A stretch of DNA of 56,323 bases, the filler included, from Sphacelaria rigidula (taxonomy: Eukaryota): NCBI GenBank assembly GCA_964200075.2. It is 4 parts of 4 records of this genome, joined end to end, with 100 filler letters (N's around TTAATTAATTAA, not from the genome) between each part and the next. Parts side by side here need not be neighbours in the genome. Positions count along the whole stretch, not along the records: positions 1 to 14,007 come from CAXNAA020002516.1; positions 14,108 to 28,113 come from CAXNAA020002517.1; 2 more parts are not named here. One strand, given 5' to 3'. Of this stretch, positions 12,201 through 24,321 are shown piece after piece. Numbering within the stretch: position 1 is the first letter of the stretch; every line of letters starts with the position of its first letter. Below the pieces are notes generated by a model. That model made no database searches. It was not told the DNA's origin and was given only the letters and a program-made list of their open reading frames with translations. The position numbers were made by a program, and so were the translations under genes.

Positions 12201-13924
12201 CGCAGAGTGAACACTAAGAATACCTTGTCACACTCAGTGTTATGATTGAGACGTTTTGTTCATTTTTCAATTTATGCTTGTATACGGGATATTTTCTCTT
12301 CGAGAGAAGAAAGCAAGTCGATTATCTACAGGAGGCGAGACATAGTCACTTGGGGGAATTTAAATCCACCCGGGAGTGCAAAACCAAATACATACCCCAT
12401 CGTTGGCCGGCTTAGACGCTGCAACACGGCGTTAACCACGGGATGGCAGCAGGGTTTCTAGCGCTGACAGCAGATCTCGACCTACCCGATCGACATTGTT
12501 CGGAGATCCAGAATAACTTCGTGTGGTAATGTTCACTGAAAGCAAATCCTACGGAAGAGGTAGCAACAAGCGCAATATTACACCACGTTTGAACAACAAA
12601 CACGCCACGTTTTAGACGAGAAGAAAAATATATTTTCACTTCTGTGAGGATCTCTCATCATTTCTCAAGGACAACAGACCAAAGGCGATGTCTTCTCTAC
12701 CATGGGCTAAGGAAAGGTTCAGCAGATCCCTGCGGGCCCGGAGCCGAGGACGGGAAGGTCTCATGTTATTCAAAACTTTTGCCTGGTTCGACTGAGTGAG
12801 GATCGAGTCCTAATCCGACAAGGACTTTTCGAAACAAACCTCCGTACACTTGACAATAATAACCTTCTCACAGTAATCTCTACACTTGATCGGTCAAATC
12901 TGTCGTACTGATCACTTTCGATCAGCCACTCAGAGACCGGGGCGTAAAAACGACCAAAGGCGCGCTCCCGTGACAGACCTCAAGTAGGAGAGAGATGCAT
13001 GTCATCAGAATCAACTCTGCACACACGCAATCACGTGCGCTTAGTGCAGGTCAGATCCGACATTGGCCATCAAAGAGCAGTGCAGCACACCACATAGCAC
13101 ACCATTAACAGCATATCACAGACAGGAATGTATCGTACAGTGCAGCGCAGTCCCGGGCATCCCGGGCATCAGAGCAAAGTCCTACCTGCACCCATCTGAG
13201 TGCGGACCTGCACGCGTAAACACGACTCCAAGCACGAAGGGCAGCAGTGATGTGTCTCGGGGGAGGTAACAAATCAAAAGCAAACGCGGGCGATCAACGT
13301 GCAAGCGGGGCCATATGCCAGCCGAAATCATGTGTTCCAAACTCTAGTCTTGTGTGCGTACGTTGGTATGTTGGCGGCGTCTGCCCCGAGCCACTCCGCT
13401 CCCAGTGGTTCCAGGAGGGGGTACGTGGGAGTGATGATTTCATTCATCGTTGCACCACTTGACTGTCGCGCGAGCGCGGTCCTCCTATTATTCCTGACTG
13501 CTTGTGAAGTGTTTTTGCCTTCTTCGTGTGCCGGGGCCCTCGGGCCTTCCGAAAAAACGGAGGCGGTTGGAGGAGACTGGGGATATTGAAAAGGGTGTTT
13601 ACGCTGAGATCTAGTGTAAAAGCATGAAGCGGAATACAAGTTGTGGTCAAGCCACTCTCCCAAGACACGGAGGGCCACCCACATGATGTTGTAAATGTGT
13701 TCAAGTCAACCAACCCATTCGCCAATGAGCACATGGGCATAGTTTCCCCGGAAAAGTCTCTGGACAATGGGTACAACATTATTTCATTGCTTCAACAAAA
13801 GTCGCGGGAGAAAGTCTACCGGTATATATTGTCCACCAAGACAGATGATGAAACACATCTATTGACATGTACTGCATGGGACAATATATGTCGTAAGAGT
13901 CGACCAATAGTGTATTGCATCACC

Positions 13925-14001
13925 GATCGCCCCGATGGCTCAGTTGGTGACCTCGTGGCCTTCTGATGGTTGAGTACGGGGGTTCGATTCCCGGAGCGAT
14001 C
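13925..14001 (+). repeat. tRNA-derived SINE head or tRNA pseudogene
   Basis: A-box TGGCTCAGTTGG (13936) and B-box GGTTCGATTCC (13981), with GATCGC...GCGATC end pairing. The anticodon arm does not fold canonically. Cut by the contig end. Confidence 0.65.
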
Positions 14002-14007
14002 TGGAAT

Positions 14008-14107
14008 NNNNNNNNNNNNNNNNNNNNNNNNNNNNNNNNNNNNNNNNNNNNTTAATTAATTAANNNNNNNNNNNNNNNNNNNNNNNNNNNNNNNNNNNNN
14101 NNNNNNN
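14008..14107. other. Artificial contig spacer (N44-TTAATTAATTAA-N44)
   Basis: All-frame stop linker, identical at three positions. Confidence 0.99.
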
Positions 14108-14234
14108 TTATTCATTTATTCATTTATTCATTTATTCATTTATTCATTTATTCATTTATTCATTTATTCATTTATTCATTTATTCATTTATTCATTTATT
14201 CATTTATTCATTTATTCATTTATTCATTTATTCA
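14108..14234. repeat. Satellite (TTTATTCA)n
   Basis: About 16 perfect 8-bp units at the contig end. Confidence 0.95.
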
Positions 14235-16047
14235 CTTTTTTTATCGCCAGTTGTTTTTTCTTCCGTTTTTTTTCGTTCGCCATCTTTATGTCACCGTCCA
14301 GAGGGGCGTGGGAATGGCGAATTCTCCTGGGTCACAGGGGTTGAACACAAGGGCGAGTTTGTGTGTTCGCTCTTCTGTATGTCTGAGTAGAGGTGGGCTC
14401 GTGTAGGAAATGAGAGGAGAGGACAACCTGGGAGTATGGCTGGGTGACGGTAATGGAAAATAACCTTCTTGGAGTTCTATTTAGTCACTGAATATGAACT
14501 ACAATCTCTGCGGGCCATAAGCAATACAGTAGTACCTAGCTGCTGCACGGTACGTTGAGAAACATTCGAGCTGTGCTGTAAGCTCTCCCAAGACAGGACA
14601 CGCGTTGCCCCAATTTGACAAAATGAAGAAGAAAAAAAAATAAGGTTCGACGATCTTCGTATTAGATCCTGATGTCATCCCTCGTTGGAGGAGGTGAAGC
14701 AGATTGCCTGTCTGCGCGTGCGTCACAACTCAGCTGAGCACTGTCTCCGAATAGTACCCGCACACTTGTGAAACGAAAAGTCAATACATTCAGATTATTT
14801 GTTGGAAGAATTAGTCTTGAATGCAAACATGCTCAAAATAGTTGTTAGCAGGGGGTAATTCAAACTGTTCCTGATCAAGTTTCGGTTTTTTTTTTTATAT
14901 CTTACCGATTATTGCGGTATTGTACCGGGTACGTCACATACCATACATCGTGAACACCGCTCCCGAGCGATGGGCTCTTATAATAGGATAGTTTTGCACC
15001 TCACCGGTAGTTACAGTACTGTGCCGGGTACGTCGTTTATCACCCCTCGTGAATACTTCGCCCGGGTGATGAGTTTTCCAGCTATTTTTCAAATCATAGT
15101 GGTACCTGCAGTACTTGTCCAGGTCCGTCGGATACCACCCTCGTAGGGTGATGAAGTCTCGGTCACTTTTGGCACCATGCTGGTACCCGAGGTACTGTAT
15201 CAGGTACGTTGCATACCACCCCCGTAAATGCCACACACGGGCTATGAAGGTCAGGTTATTTCAGGTGTCATGCCGATACCCATAGTTCTGTAACGGGGTA
15301 CGTTGCATACCACCCCCGTAAATACCGACCCCGAGCGGTGAGCATTCGGGCGCCAAGAAGGTGGCCTCCGCAGTTTTATATGCCATAACGTATGGTGTAC
15401 TAGTATGCTGACGGCTTACATGCAACCAACACGGGAGTCACTGTTTGCTCTCCGTGTGCGCAAAAATATGCGCATCACGAAAAATTGCGATGTACCCCGC
15501 TGGACGGAGCGTTCATTCCGCTTCAGTTCGAACTAAAAATCCAGCTTATTTTTCCATCACAGAGCAATAACAGCAAACGCCGTACTGTAGCGTGTGCGTA
15601 TCCGAACTCGCACATATACATACGTCTAATATGTATTTTCGTTGGAGTTATGAACACTAACGATCACCTCGGAAATTATGGGAAATATTTACGTATATAT
15701 GTCGGGTTTTAGTTCGAGAGGGTTCTGTGTCCGGCATCTCCAGTTGGTCCAGCTGCAATAGTGTTTGTTACCACAGTCATATGTTGTCTTGGTTTGTTTC
15801 CCCCCCCCGTTGTTCCCTCTTTCTTTCGCTCTCTGTTGCTCCTCACTCTCCATTTTGTCATTAATTTCCTTCTACTTGCTCCAGTTTTTGCCAACGATTA
15901 TTTCCCGCAGATTTCCCCCTCCCCTGGATACATTCATTTAATCTTGTGCCAATGACTATAGTGTTGGGATGGCTGATCACTGAAAATCAGACAACCAAAG
16001 AATGGAATCATTCAGTCAACCCATACATACCTACATCCACTCGACAG

Positions 16048-16206
16048 GTGGGAGCCGGGTCGTCTATGGCTATTGTCGGGGCCAGCGGATGCGGTAAGTC
16101 GACGGTACTGAGACTGCTGACTCGGATGTATGACCCCAAGTCGGGATGTATCGAGCTCGATGGTGTCCCGCTGCACACGCTGGAGCCGAGAAGTCTCCGA
16201 GACAGG
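16048..16206 (+). CDS. ABC transporter (ABCB-type) NBD exon with Walker A
   Basis: CAG|VGAGSSMAIVGASGCGKSTVLRLLTRMYDPKSGCIELDGVPLHTLEPRSLRDR|GTAAG, phase 0/0. Confidence 0.93.
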
Positions 16207-16624
16207 GTAAGGCTGCATTTCAACACCTTTGGCTGAGAAGTACCCAGGGATCTTTACTACAGGAACAGTGATAGACAGAGAAACTCACACCATAGCAGTT
16301 CCCGCAGTGGGCACATGTGGGACAAAATCAATCAACACTTTTTTCACGAAATCAAATGGCGACTTGGACAGGTGTAAGCTTGATCGTGGTACATCCACAT
16401 CGGGTTTCGTTCACCCTGTACCTACCCAGGTAGCCGGATAGACATAATCTCCGAGAACTTCTCCCAAGTCAGGAACCTGAGTCGCCGTACTCGAGCTCGC
16501 CGATGTGTCGGGGGTCACGGTGTATGTCAACGGTACGTTGAATGCCACCCCTTCAAGAAACTCGTCTGCCTTCCGTGGCATTCTTAGCTTTTCCGTCTTT
16601 TGGTAGTACCACAGAGGAAAGCTA

Positions 16625-16858
16625 CGGTAGGGGTGCACGTTTTGCGCAAAATCTTGCCTGGTTCAGGGGCTCCTGAGGATTCTAGATGCACAAGAATATG
16701 TGTCAGGGCATCCCCGTTCGCGAAATCATTCGGGATATCCCTAGCACATTGGAATAGTAATCCTGGCGTACTGACACATATTTGATAAGTTGTGTTTTGG
16801 ATGAGATAAGGGGCTCCCAACAGGTCTCATCGTAGATAATGTTTGTGCACCCCTACCG
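16625..16858. mobile_element. Tc1/mariner/pogo-type MITE in the ABC intron
   Basis: Perfect TIR CGGTAGGGGTGCAC / GTGCACCCCTACCG, with TA on both sides. Confidence 0.85.
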
Positions 16859-17016
16859 TAGCATCACTCCACTCCAGTACCCGCCGTAATGTACGGAGAT
16901 TGCTGCCCGGGGTGATCAGAGCCCCACCTCGATTTTTTCGTAAACCTTTGCGACCACCCCAACATTTCGAAATACACAATAGCTGACCGCATTGTTGCTC
17001 CGTGCGTCAAGTGCAG

Positions 17017-17151
17017 GTGGGAGTGGTCGAGCAAGAGCCGGTTTTATTTGGGGGAAGCATCGGCGACAACATCCGCTACGGGAGGCCCGAAGCCGGCGAG
17101 GAAGAAGTTAGGGCTGCCGCAGCCGTAGCCAACGCGTCAGGCTTCATAGAG
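17017..17151 (+). CDS. ABC transporter NBD exon with Q-loop
   Basis: [50 protein letters not shown], phase 0/0. Missed by the ORF track. Confidence 0.93.
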
Positions 17152-18844
17152 GTCTGGAGTTAGGTTTAGTCTTGTCTTATCCTCCGCCATGTTCTTTTCA
17201 TCGCCTTACAGTGCGTATGCTGTGAGATGCTAGGCGAGATGTGCTGTGGTCGAGCGGGTGTGTCATGTCAAGTATTCCGAATCCGAGAGTTCTGGAACCG
17301 TCTCGATCGCAGTATGTGACCAAACTCACCGCGACACACGATTAGAGCAACTGATACACCGCCCACAAAAACGCTGTTGCACTATGATGGGCCGTGCGGG
17401 CATACCAAGACAAGTAACGACCAATTTTGGGAGATTTGAACTATTGACTGACACCAGCGGTGACAGTCAAGACTAAAAGCTTACAATCCATGCTGCCCCA
17501 GTCAGGCTCCTAACTTTTTGCGGTATGACTCTTCGTTTTCTTGTATAGAGGAAGCGTTGCGTGTAATTTCGCGTATTTACCAGCAGCGTATACATTTCGA
17601 CTTGCCACTCGATGCCGTGACGCCTACTGTACCAGCGTCATTTTCCAACTTCGGGTCCCCCGAGTGATCGTTTTTGTGCAGGCGCGAGCATCGAAGTATC
17701 AGCTGTTGGTAGAACCGAAACTTACTTGTATATGGTTAATGAATCCGGGTGATCCAAGTCACTACCAAAATAACATATTTCCCACTCGCGACATATGGTC
17801 CATGTGTACTTTTCTCCCTACTTGTAGAGTCGCGAGCACCTTCTAAACTTCGCTACGAAAGAAGCGCACCACCCACCCACCCACCCAAAACAGGTGATGG
17901 TTATTTCGTGGTGCCATACATTGTTTCGGGATCTTGTACTCGTATGTTTCGATCGCGAACCTTGCTTTTAATAGCTGGAGGAAGGGTCCAACCCGAAGTT
18001 GAAAACGATCACAGTAATATCGTCGACGACGCTCGCGATTCCCGTACACGTTCGATGGGGGTCCTCTTTCGTGACAACAACCTGCTTTTGGGGGGTATAC
18101 CTTGACTGCACGGGCATGGCTACTACATGTGTACCGACGCGCCCCGGCGATGAACTTGGTGCATGAACACGAGTTTGGGCATGTGCGTTCGAATCTTGAC
18201 AGCAGCGTAGAGAGTGCTTTTATTTTCTGCTTCCGTCGTGCCCGGAATTGTGAAAGAAAACGAGAGCGTGGCAAAAAGCCGGCTTCGGGAATCCTGATTC
18301 GCTGTTCGACAGTAGCGGGCAGGGCAAGAAGCCCGGGGGAAATTCATATTACTTACTTGATGGTGCTTATAATACGTGGACTCGCCCCCGAGGACCGGGA
18401 AAGGCGGGTGAAAATCAGACAAGCAAGACAGTTTGCAGTACACCGTACATGAACTGAAAACACGAACTACGTTCAGCAGTCAGAGAAGTGTTGACGCAAA
18501 CCCTTTTAAGTCTCCGGAGCTGATCTTAAGGGATATGCCGTCGCCATAGCCTTCTCTTTTGTCCCTTCCTTCGTTCCTTGTCCCATCCCACGGGGACAAC
18601 GTGTAATTTGCCGCCCGAAGCAAGGGGACTCATGGGTGTGATGTACAACAGCACATTCTTTGCCGGGTAAAGCGAAAGCGTCGTCAAAGCTACCACGGAC
18701 ACGTCGCTGGACATTTACATCAAGCGTGCGGAGACACAGCTTCCAGAATTGTCTCGAAGTGGCTCCTTAATGCAACAGATTGGTTGAACCTCCCCGTCCT
18801 CTTCCATCGTGGGATTTATGTCTCTGTTGTGTGTTTTTCGGCAG

Positions 18845-18978
18845 GCGTTTTCGGAAGGTTACGACACACAGGTAGGAGAGGGCGGTGTTCAAATGTCCGG
18901 CGGACAAAAGCAACGCATCGCCATCGCGAGGGCCGTGCTGAAGGACCCCGCCATTATGCTTCTCGACGAGGCCACAAG
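18845..18978 (+). CDS. ABC transporter NBD exon with signature motif and Walker B
   Basis: [47 protein letters not shown](S). Similarity ends at AG|GCAAG, a probable GC donor. Confidence 0.93.
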
Positions 18979-19781
18979 GCAAGAGTTCAGCGTACTGCAA
19001 AAAGAAGAGAGAAAAAAATGTTACTGTACGAAGTAAATGCGGCATTCGTTGTTCATGTTTTCAAAATACAGCAGGCTCGATGTGACTGTGATTTTCATTT
19101 TGCGTGATTTTTGTTGGGGTTGTGCATACCTAACTGTTCTGGGGTGCGTGCAGCGAGTCATGAATCACTATTCGGGGATATACACTCACACTTGGTGTTA
19201 GACAGACACGATAAATCCAAGCGATGAAACAGCGATTATCGACCGATTGCTTGATGGGTCGATTACCGCACATGGCAATATCTAATCCTAGAGACGCGAG
19301 CGTCTAGCCCAACCACGATTGGCTGTTGTTGCTGGGCAAGTACCGAAGTAGAGCATCCAGCAACCAGGCAGTCCTCAATACAGGGGACGACGGCGTGTAT
19401 CATCGGCACGCGGCATAGCACCCTCTCCCCTGAACAACGCGCCCGGGTGATGAGGTTTTGATTATTTTCGGCACCCATTGGTATTTTCAGTATGCGCAGG
19501 CGTGCATGATATTTCGCTGTCTACCCCGAAATACCCCTCCCGATTGATGGATTTTTCTAGGAGACTCATCACCCGGAGGTTGTACTCACTGTCACCTACA
19601 GCACTTGTTACATCGAAGAAGGACCGTAGTCCCAGGGGGGGGGGGGGGGGGGGGCCTCTTTTGGGTTCCCGCCCGGGTTCGGTAAGATTGGCCCCCCCTC
19701 CNNNNNNNNNNTTTTGGTTTTGTGTGCTTGTTCTGGTGTCCGTGTTCTGTTCCGGTCGGGGCCTTGTGCGGGGGGGGGGGT

Positions 19782-19828
<47 letters not shown>

Positions 19829-19967
19829 GAAGTTGGTAATCGACTGGTTGACTGATGGATTGATTGTCGCTCATGCACTGGTCATCAAGGGAGTCAGCCG
19901 TGGTCGCAGTATAGACACGGGACAGGTAAGGAAAACAGAAACACGCGATGGAGAAAACTCGGGAAAG

Positions 19968-20226
19968 GGTGTAGTCATGATCATGCATGCCATAGTCATG
20001 AGACCGTTGACCTCGCATCCCTACAAAGCCGGGACGGATCACGCCGTATTTTCGCCGGACNNNNNNNNNNCGCGAAGCGCCGTGATGTGTTCGGCGAGTC
20101 GCATGAAGGGTGAGCTTCATACTGGTAAGATGCTCCGGCCCGAAGCCTACTGATTATCTTGCATTTGGATGACAGCCCCCATTGAGTTGCTTTATTTCCT
20201 GGTACTGGCACTTCCAGAGACAGCCA
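19968..20226 (-). repeat. Dispersed repeat family B copy (contains a 10-N gap)
   Basis: Reverse-complement match to 42376-42650 and 9880-10150. Confidence 0.9.
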
Positions 20227-22224
20227 CGGCTTATGCACCGCCTCATGGGTGTCTCACCATTTGAACACTACGCAGTACGACCATCCCCATTGTACGGAGT
20301 CGAGGTTCTTCCACGCCGCACAAGATGATCTGGCTCGACTACCATCATGGTTACCGCAAAACAAAACAGCGAAAGGGCAATAAACAACGGTAACGTGGTT
20401 GCCTAGCTTACGCAGTGAGTGGCGTGTTTTACCGCGTCGTTGCCAACCGACGCCAACCCCATCGGGGGTCCGCACCTACGAAGCCGGGACGGAGCACGCC
20501 GGGTTTTCGCCGGACGAGGCTATTGGCCAGACCAGGCTATTACTACCACGGGGGAGGGCGCACTCATTTTTTTACTTGCGGTAGTCGTTTGACATTGAGC
20601 ACGCATCCCTTTCGTGACCGTGCACCGTTCCTACTCGAAATAAAGACACCTTCAATATTTTGGTGGTTCATTACGTGTCTGGAACTAGGGGGGGGGCGTA
20701 CTCATTTGTTGCTTGCCTTAGTCGTTTGACCATTGCCCACGCGTCCCTTTCGAGACGGAGCAGGGGGGAGTGGGGGCGGGGAACTCGCGCTGACAACAAA
20801 ACATTGTTCTGGCCCTAGCAAGAACATCAAGGGAAGACAACATCTTATCCTAGATCTGGCGAGATAAGCAGCAGTCACGATTGTATACACTAGGTCAAGA
20901 TGGCATCATGGTGATATCCTGATGAAACCCTACAGTTACTCATGCACTATTGAAGTGACACCAGCATTCATGAACCTAGTGACTGACACGTACACGTGCG
21001 ATGTTTGTGTGTGTGCGTGTCTATGTGGTGCGGTAGCCCTAGGTGCCTGAGGTCGTGTGCGAGTGGTGCAATTGTGCGATTATATACCCAACCCACCCAC
21101 GTTGGGGCGCACTGTGTGGCAGGGCGTCTTTCGTCATAAGGCGCATTCGTCTTAACCGGCATTTGCGATGGGCTGTGGAACATGTTGGCACACGAGCGAC
21201 GCTGGAACTCTGCTGCCGGTACGTTGAAGTTGAAGGAAATCCCACCCTGGACAAAAGATTCCAATATTACGATGCCAAAAAGTACACTGCGTACAATATC
21301 GAAGCTACTACCTGTTGCGATCGACAAATAAATCCGATACTGTACGCAGTAATCATCATGACAAAAAGAATATATACAATATATAGAAAATAGAATATAT
21401 ATATAATGTATATCAAATAGGATAGATCCGATACCGTTCGCAATAAACGTTTCGACAACGTGATCTATAGCCCAGGGTGTGAAGGATACTGGTACACAAA
21501 GATATTCCTAGCTCATCTGTCTCCCTGTCGGCAAACCAAATATTTCTTCGATTCAGGGTCCGCTGATTATCAGTTGCTCCCTAAGCGCAGTTTTTTCGCT
21601 CGGACGCACAGATCTCTCTCTTCATGGCTTGAGTAAAGGGCGTTTGCTACTGATATTCCAAATCGGGTAGCCTCTTTGTGGAAACAGTACAATAGTAACC
21701 ATCTCCGCGGCACGACGCGGGGATTTGACTGGCGGGTTCTGAAGGTCACAATACACTGTACATAACGGAGATATAGCTTTGTGTGATACGGACTCGAGAT
21801 TCCAAAACATGCGAAAGCTGCTGGCTCACCCGGGCAATCGTTCATTATACTTCACCGCCCTATTGGTACAGCGTCATTGCCGCTCTACATTTACGTGGTT
21901 TTCCCAATCTGTAAACGATTAAATCCTCCATGCTGCCAGCGATAATCGGATAGGAAATGCGCTGTGAATATCCGGGAGCCAATTGCACAGCGAGCTCTGT
22001 GGCCTACCCTCTCGATGTGGAGCTCAACCTGCCGAAGAAACCTCGTTCAGCGGCCGTTACGTTGCCGAAGACGACCTATAAAGACCAATATCACGGATGA
22101 GACCGGTCAAATACAGAATAGTCATACCCGGTACACAAAAAATCACGTTCGAGCACTTGCTTATTCGCCCCACGGAGGCGTCCTGAGAGACGATTTTGCA
22201 TCAACACACGCAAACAAAACTTAC

Positions 22225-22370
22225 CCGCGGCGACTGTGTCCATGAATATCTCCAGGAGAGAGAAATAATCCAAGTCGACCTCTTGGAATTGCCTCCGATC
22301 ACCCATCCGGATGTGAATCGCGAAATTCAAGCTCGACGGATCGAAAGCGCACTCCGGACGGTCATTAAAC
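22225..22370 (-). CDS. Glycosyltransferase-like gene, exon with fucosyltransferase motif I
   Basis: TAG|(G)FNDRPECAFDPSSLNFAIHIRMGDRRQFQEVDLDYFSLLEIFMDTVAA|GTAAG, phase 2/1. HIRMGD resembles the H(V/I)RxGD GDP-fucose-binding motif of GT11/GT23-type enzymes. Confidence 0.8.
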
Positions 22371-22889
22371 CTATTCAAACGAAGCAAAGCCCAGAACACC
22401 GTGCAAGCCATCAACTTCGTCCCCTAAACCTCACGACGACAATACCCGCATCTGAAAGCATCAACTACACATCTATGGGCATAGTCAAGCTACCGACGGT
22501 AGCGTTCGTTTTGCCCTGGTCGTGACCTCGCGCGGGAAAACCTTCTGCAGTGAGGGCTAGGCAAGGAGTTAGGCATGCATATTCAAGAACACCAAAGTCC
22601 CACGGACACGTGGGTTTCGGTAACGAAGGACTCAAGATCATTCGATCCCCTGCCGGTCGGGGGCCTTAGACCACCACGTTTGCGACAAGCGAGACAGCTC
22701 TTCCGAAAACACTATTTTGCCCATAACACCACGGATTCGCGTCTTGCGGCGTGGTGCACCACAGAACTCGACAAAATCGGAATTGAAGAGCGTCACAACT
22801 GGGCACAGCTCAGTCACCTACGGTGGTTAAGCAGCTACGAGTGCACGCATCAGCGAGCACCAGGGTGGTGGATGCAAAAGCTCACTCAC

Positions 22890-23113
22890 CCCTGACGTGG
22901 CACTTTGCGAAAGTTGCTCCTCATCGTCCGCAACACGTTGCGAGTGGCCGCGCGCTTGTGCTCGTCCCAGGACTGTACAGTCATCAAGTAGACACTCGAC
23001 CCGCTCTTGGAGAATGACATCACCAGGTGGTCCCACGGCAAGTTGCCCACTCCCAGATTCTGAACTTCTTTCGAGGCGACCTCCACACCTTCCCAGGTGT
23101 ACATGGTGTCAGC
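22890..23113 (-). CDS. Glycosyltransferase-like gene, internal exon
   Basis: TAG|ADTMYTWEGVEV...AATRNVLRTMRSNFRKVPRQ|GTGAG, phase 0/2. Compatible with both neighbours. Confidence 0.8.
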
Positions 23114-23565
23114 CTAATGCAGGGTCGTTTCACGAAATGGATTGAGGGGGTCGTTGGCGAAGGGAAGACGTGTCACGCATGGCGCCAACTAGTAGATGTA
23201 CGGCCTGTTATGTATGTATGCACAAGATGGATGACAACTTGAGGATGTTTAAGGTACGGGTTCCAAAGGGATGGCGAGTGTTCCGATGCTACGGTACCTC
23301 CCCAGATATACTGTAGTGTACTAGATTCACAGCCACCATTGTACCTGTACCCTATGCAGTACCACCGTATGTTGTCGGGTTGCACAGGGGCGCTGTCACC
23401 CCAGAATATGCTTCAACGACATTGGTTAAAGCCGTCACGCTTCTTCTTCGCACCAGCACTTGTGGCATCTCACGACGGCAGTGCATTTGATCTCCAATCC
23501 GCGATATGTATCTCACACCCCATGAGTATTCTCCAAGTACGATATCAGGCTACTTCAAGACTCAC

Positions 23566-23765
23566 AATCACGTGTTTCATGACCCCGGACGCCGGCAACG
23601 GAATCGAAGCGTTGCCAAAATTGAAGAACTGCTGCCAGTTGACCAGGACGCAATTCATTTCCCGCCTGGCCTTACGTTCATCCAGAGTCAACTTTTCAGC
23701 TTCGTCACGAGTTTCCACGCGATGGCAGTAGCTCGTCAGGCCGTTCTCGTCCACTTTGCGAAATT
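23566..23765 (-). CDS. Glycosyltransferase-like gene, internal exon
   Basis: CAG|(E)FRKVDENGLTSYCHR...CVLVNWQQFFNF...KHVI|GTGAG, phase 1/0. Confidence 0.8.
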
Positions 23766-24195
23766 CTGACGAGGCAGCAGCCGGGGCGCGCAGGAGATGA
23801 GGTGCAGTCGACTTGTTCCGAACATGGATGAAAACGTTTCTACATTCCACTCACCGCGTGAAAGATAGGCTAAACTAGCTGCAGCTGATCCGTGACGGAT
23901 TCGACTCTATCGAAAATACATGAAAGTGCTCTCGAGCAAGAACGGAGAATATCACACTCGGCGCGAGAACTAGATGCCATTTGAGCTGTGATGAAACACC
24001 GTTACACCCATTGGAGAAGTACCCTTTCCCCTGTAACGAATTAGACTTCTTATATCCGGCTTTGTTGAATATGTGCGAGATTGAAGTGGACCGGCACTGC
24101 CGTTGCTTTTCTCAACAAGCGTATAGCGTATGAGATTGGATACCTTCGCATACGCAGCGGGAAGAAAATGAGATAAGAAGGAGTGGAGCTCTCAC

Positions 24196-24321
24196 CTCCA
24201 TAGTCAGGAGCGACCCACGCGCAACCCATTTCCTCCGCAAACATCCACGTGGAAATGTGTCGAATGGTTGAGCTCCCAGCTCCATCTGGAGTGGCCTCCG
24301 ATTGGACAAAGCACGGAGAAC
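24196..24321 (-). CDS. Glycosyltransferase-like gene, internal exon
   Basis: AAG|SPCFVQSEATPDGAGSSTIRHISTWMFAEEMGCAWVAPDYG|GTGAG, phase 1/1. DGxGS resembles the N-terminal GxGN-type loop of GT-B fucosyltransferases. Confidence 0.78.

Noticed and set aside
13925..14001. Functional tRNA gene
   Set aside because: A and B boxes are present but the acceptor/D/anticodon geometry is non-canonical. The same applies to 43055-43125 and 950-1010.
19462..20153. Poly-Pro/poly-Gly ORFs and long G tract
   Set aside because: Poly-G next to N gaps. Low complexity and possibly a sequencing or assembly artefact.
20915..20945. Hammerhead ribozyme core (CTGATGA...GAAA)
   Set aside because: No supporting stems here or at the other CTGATGA sites inspected.
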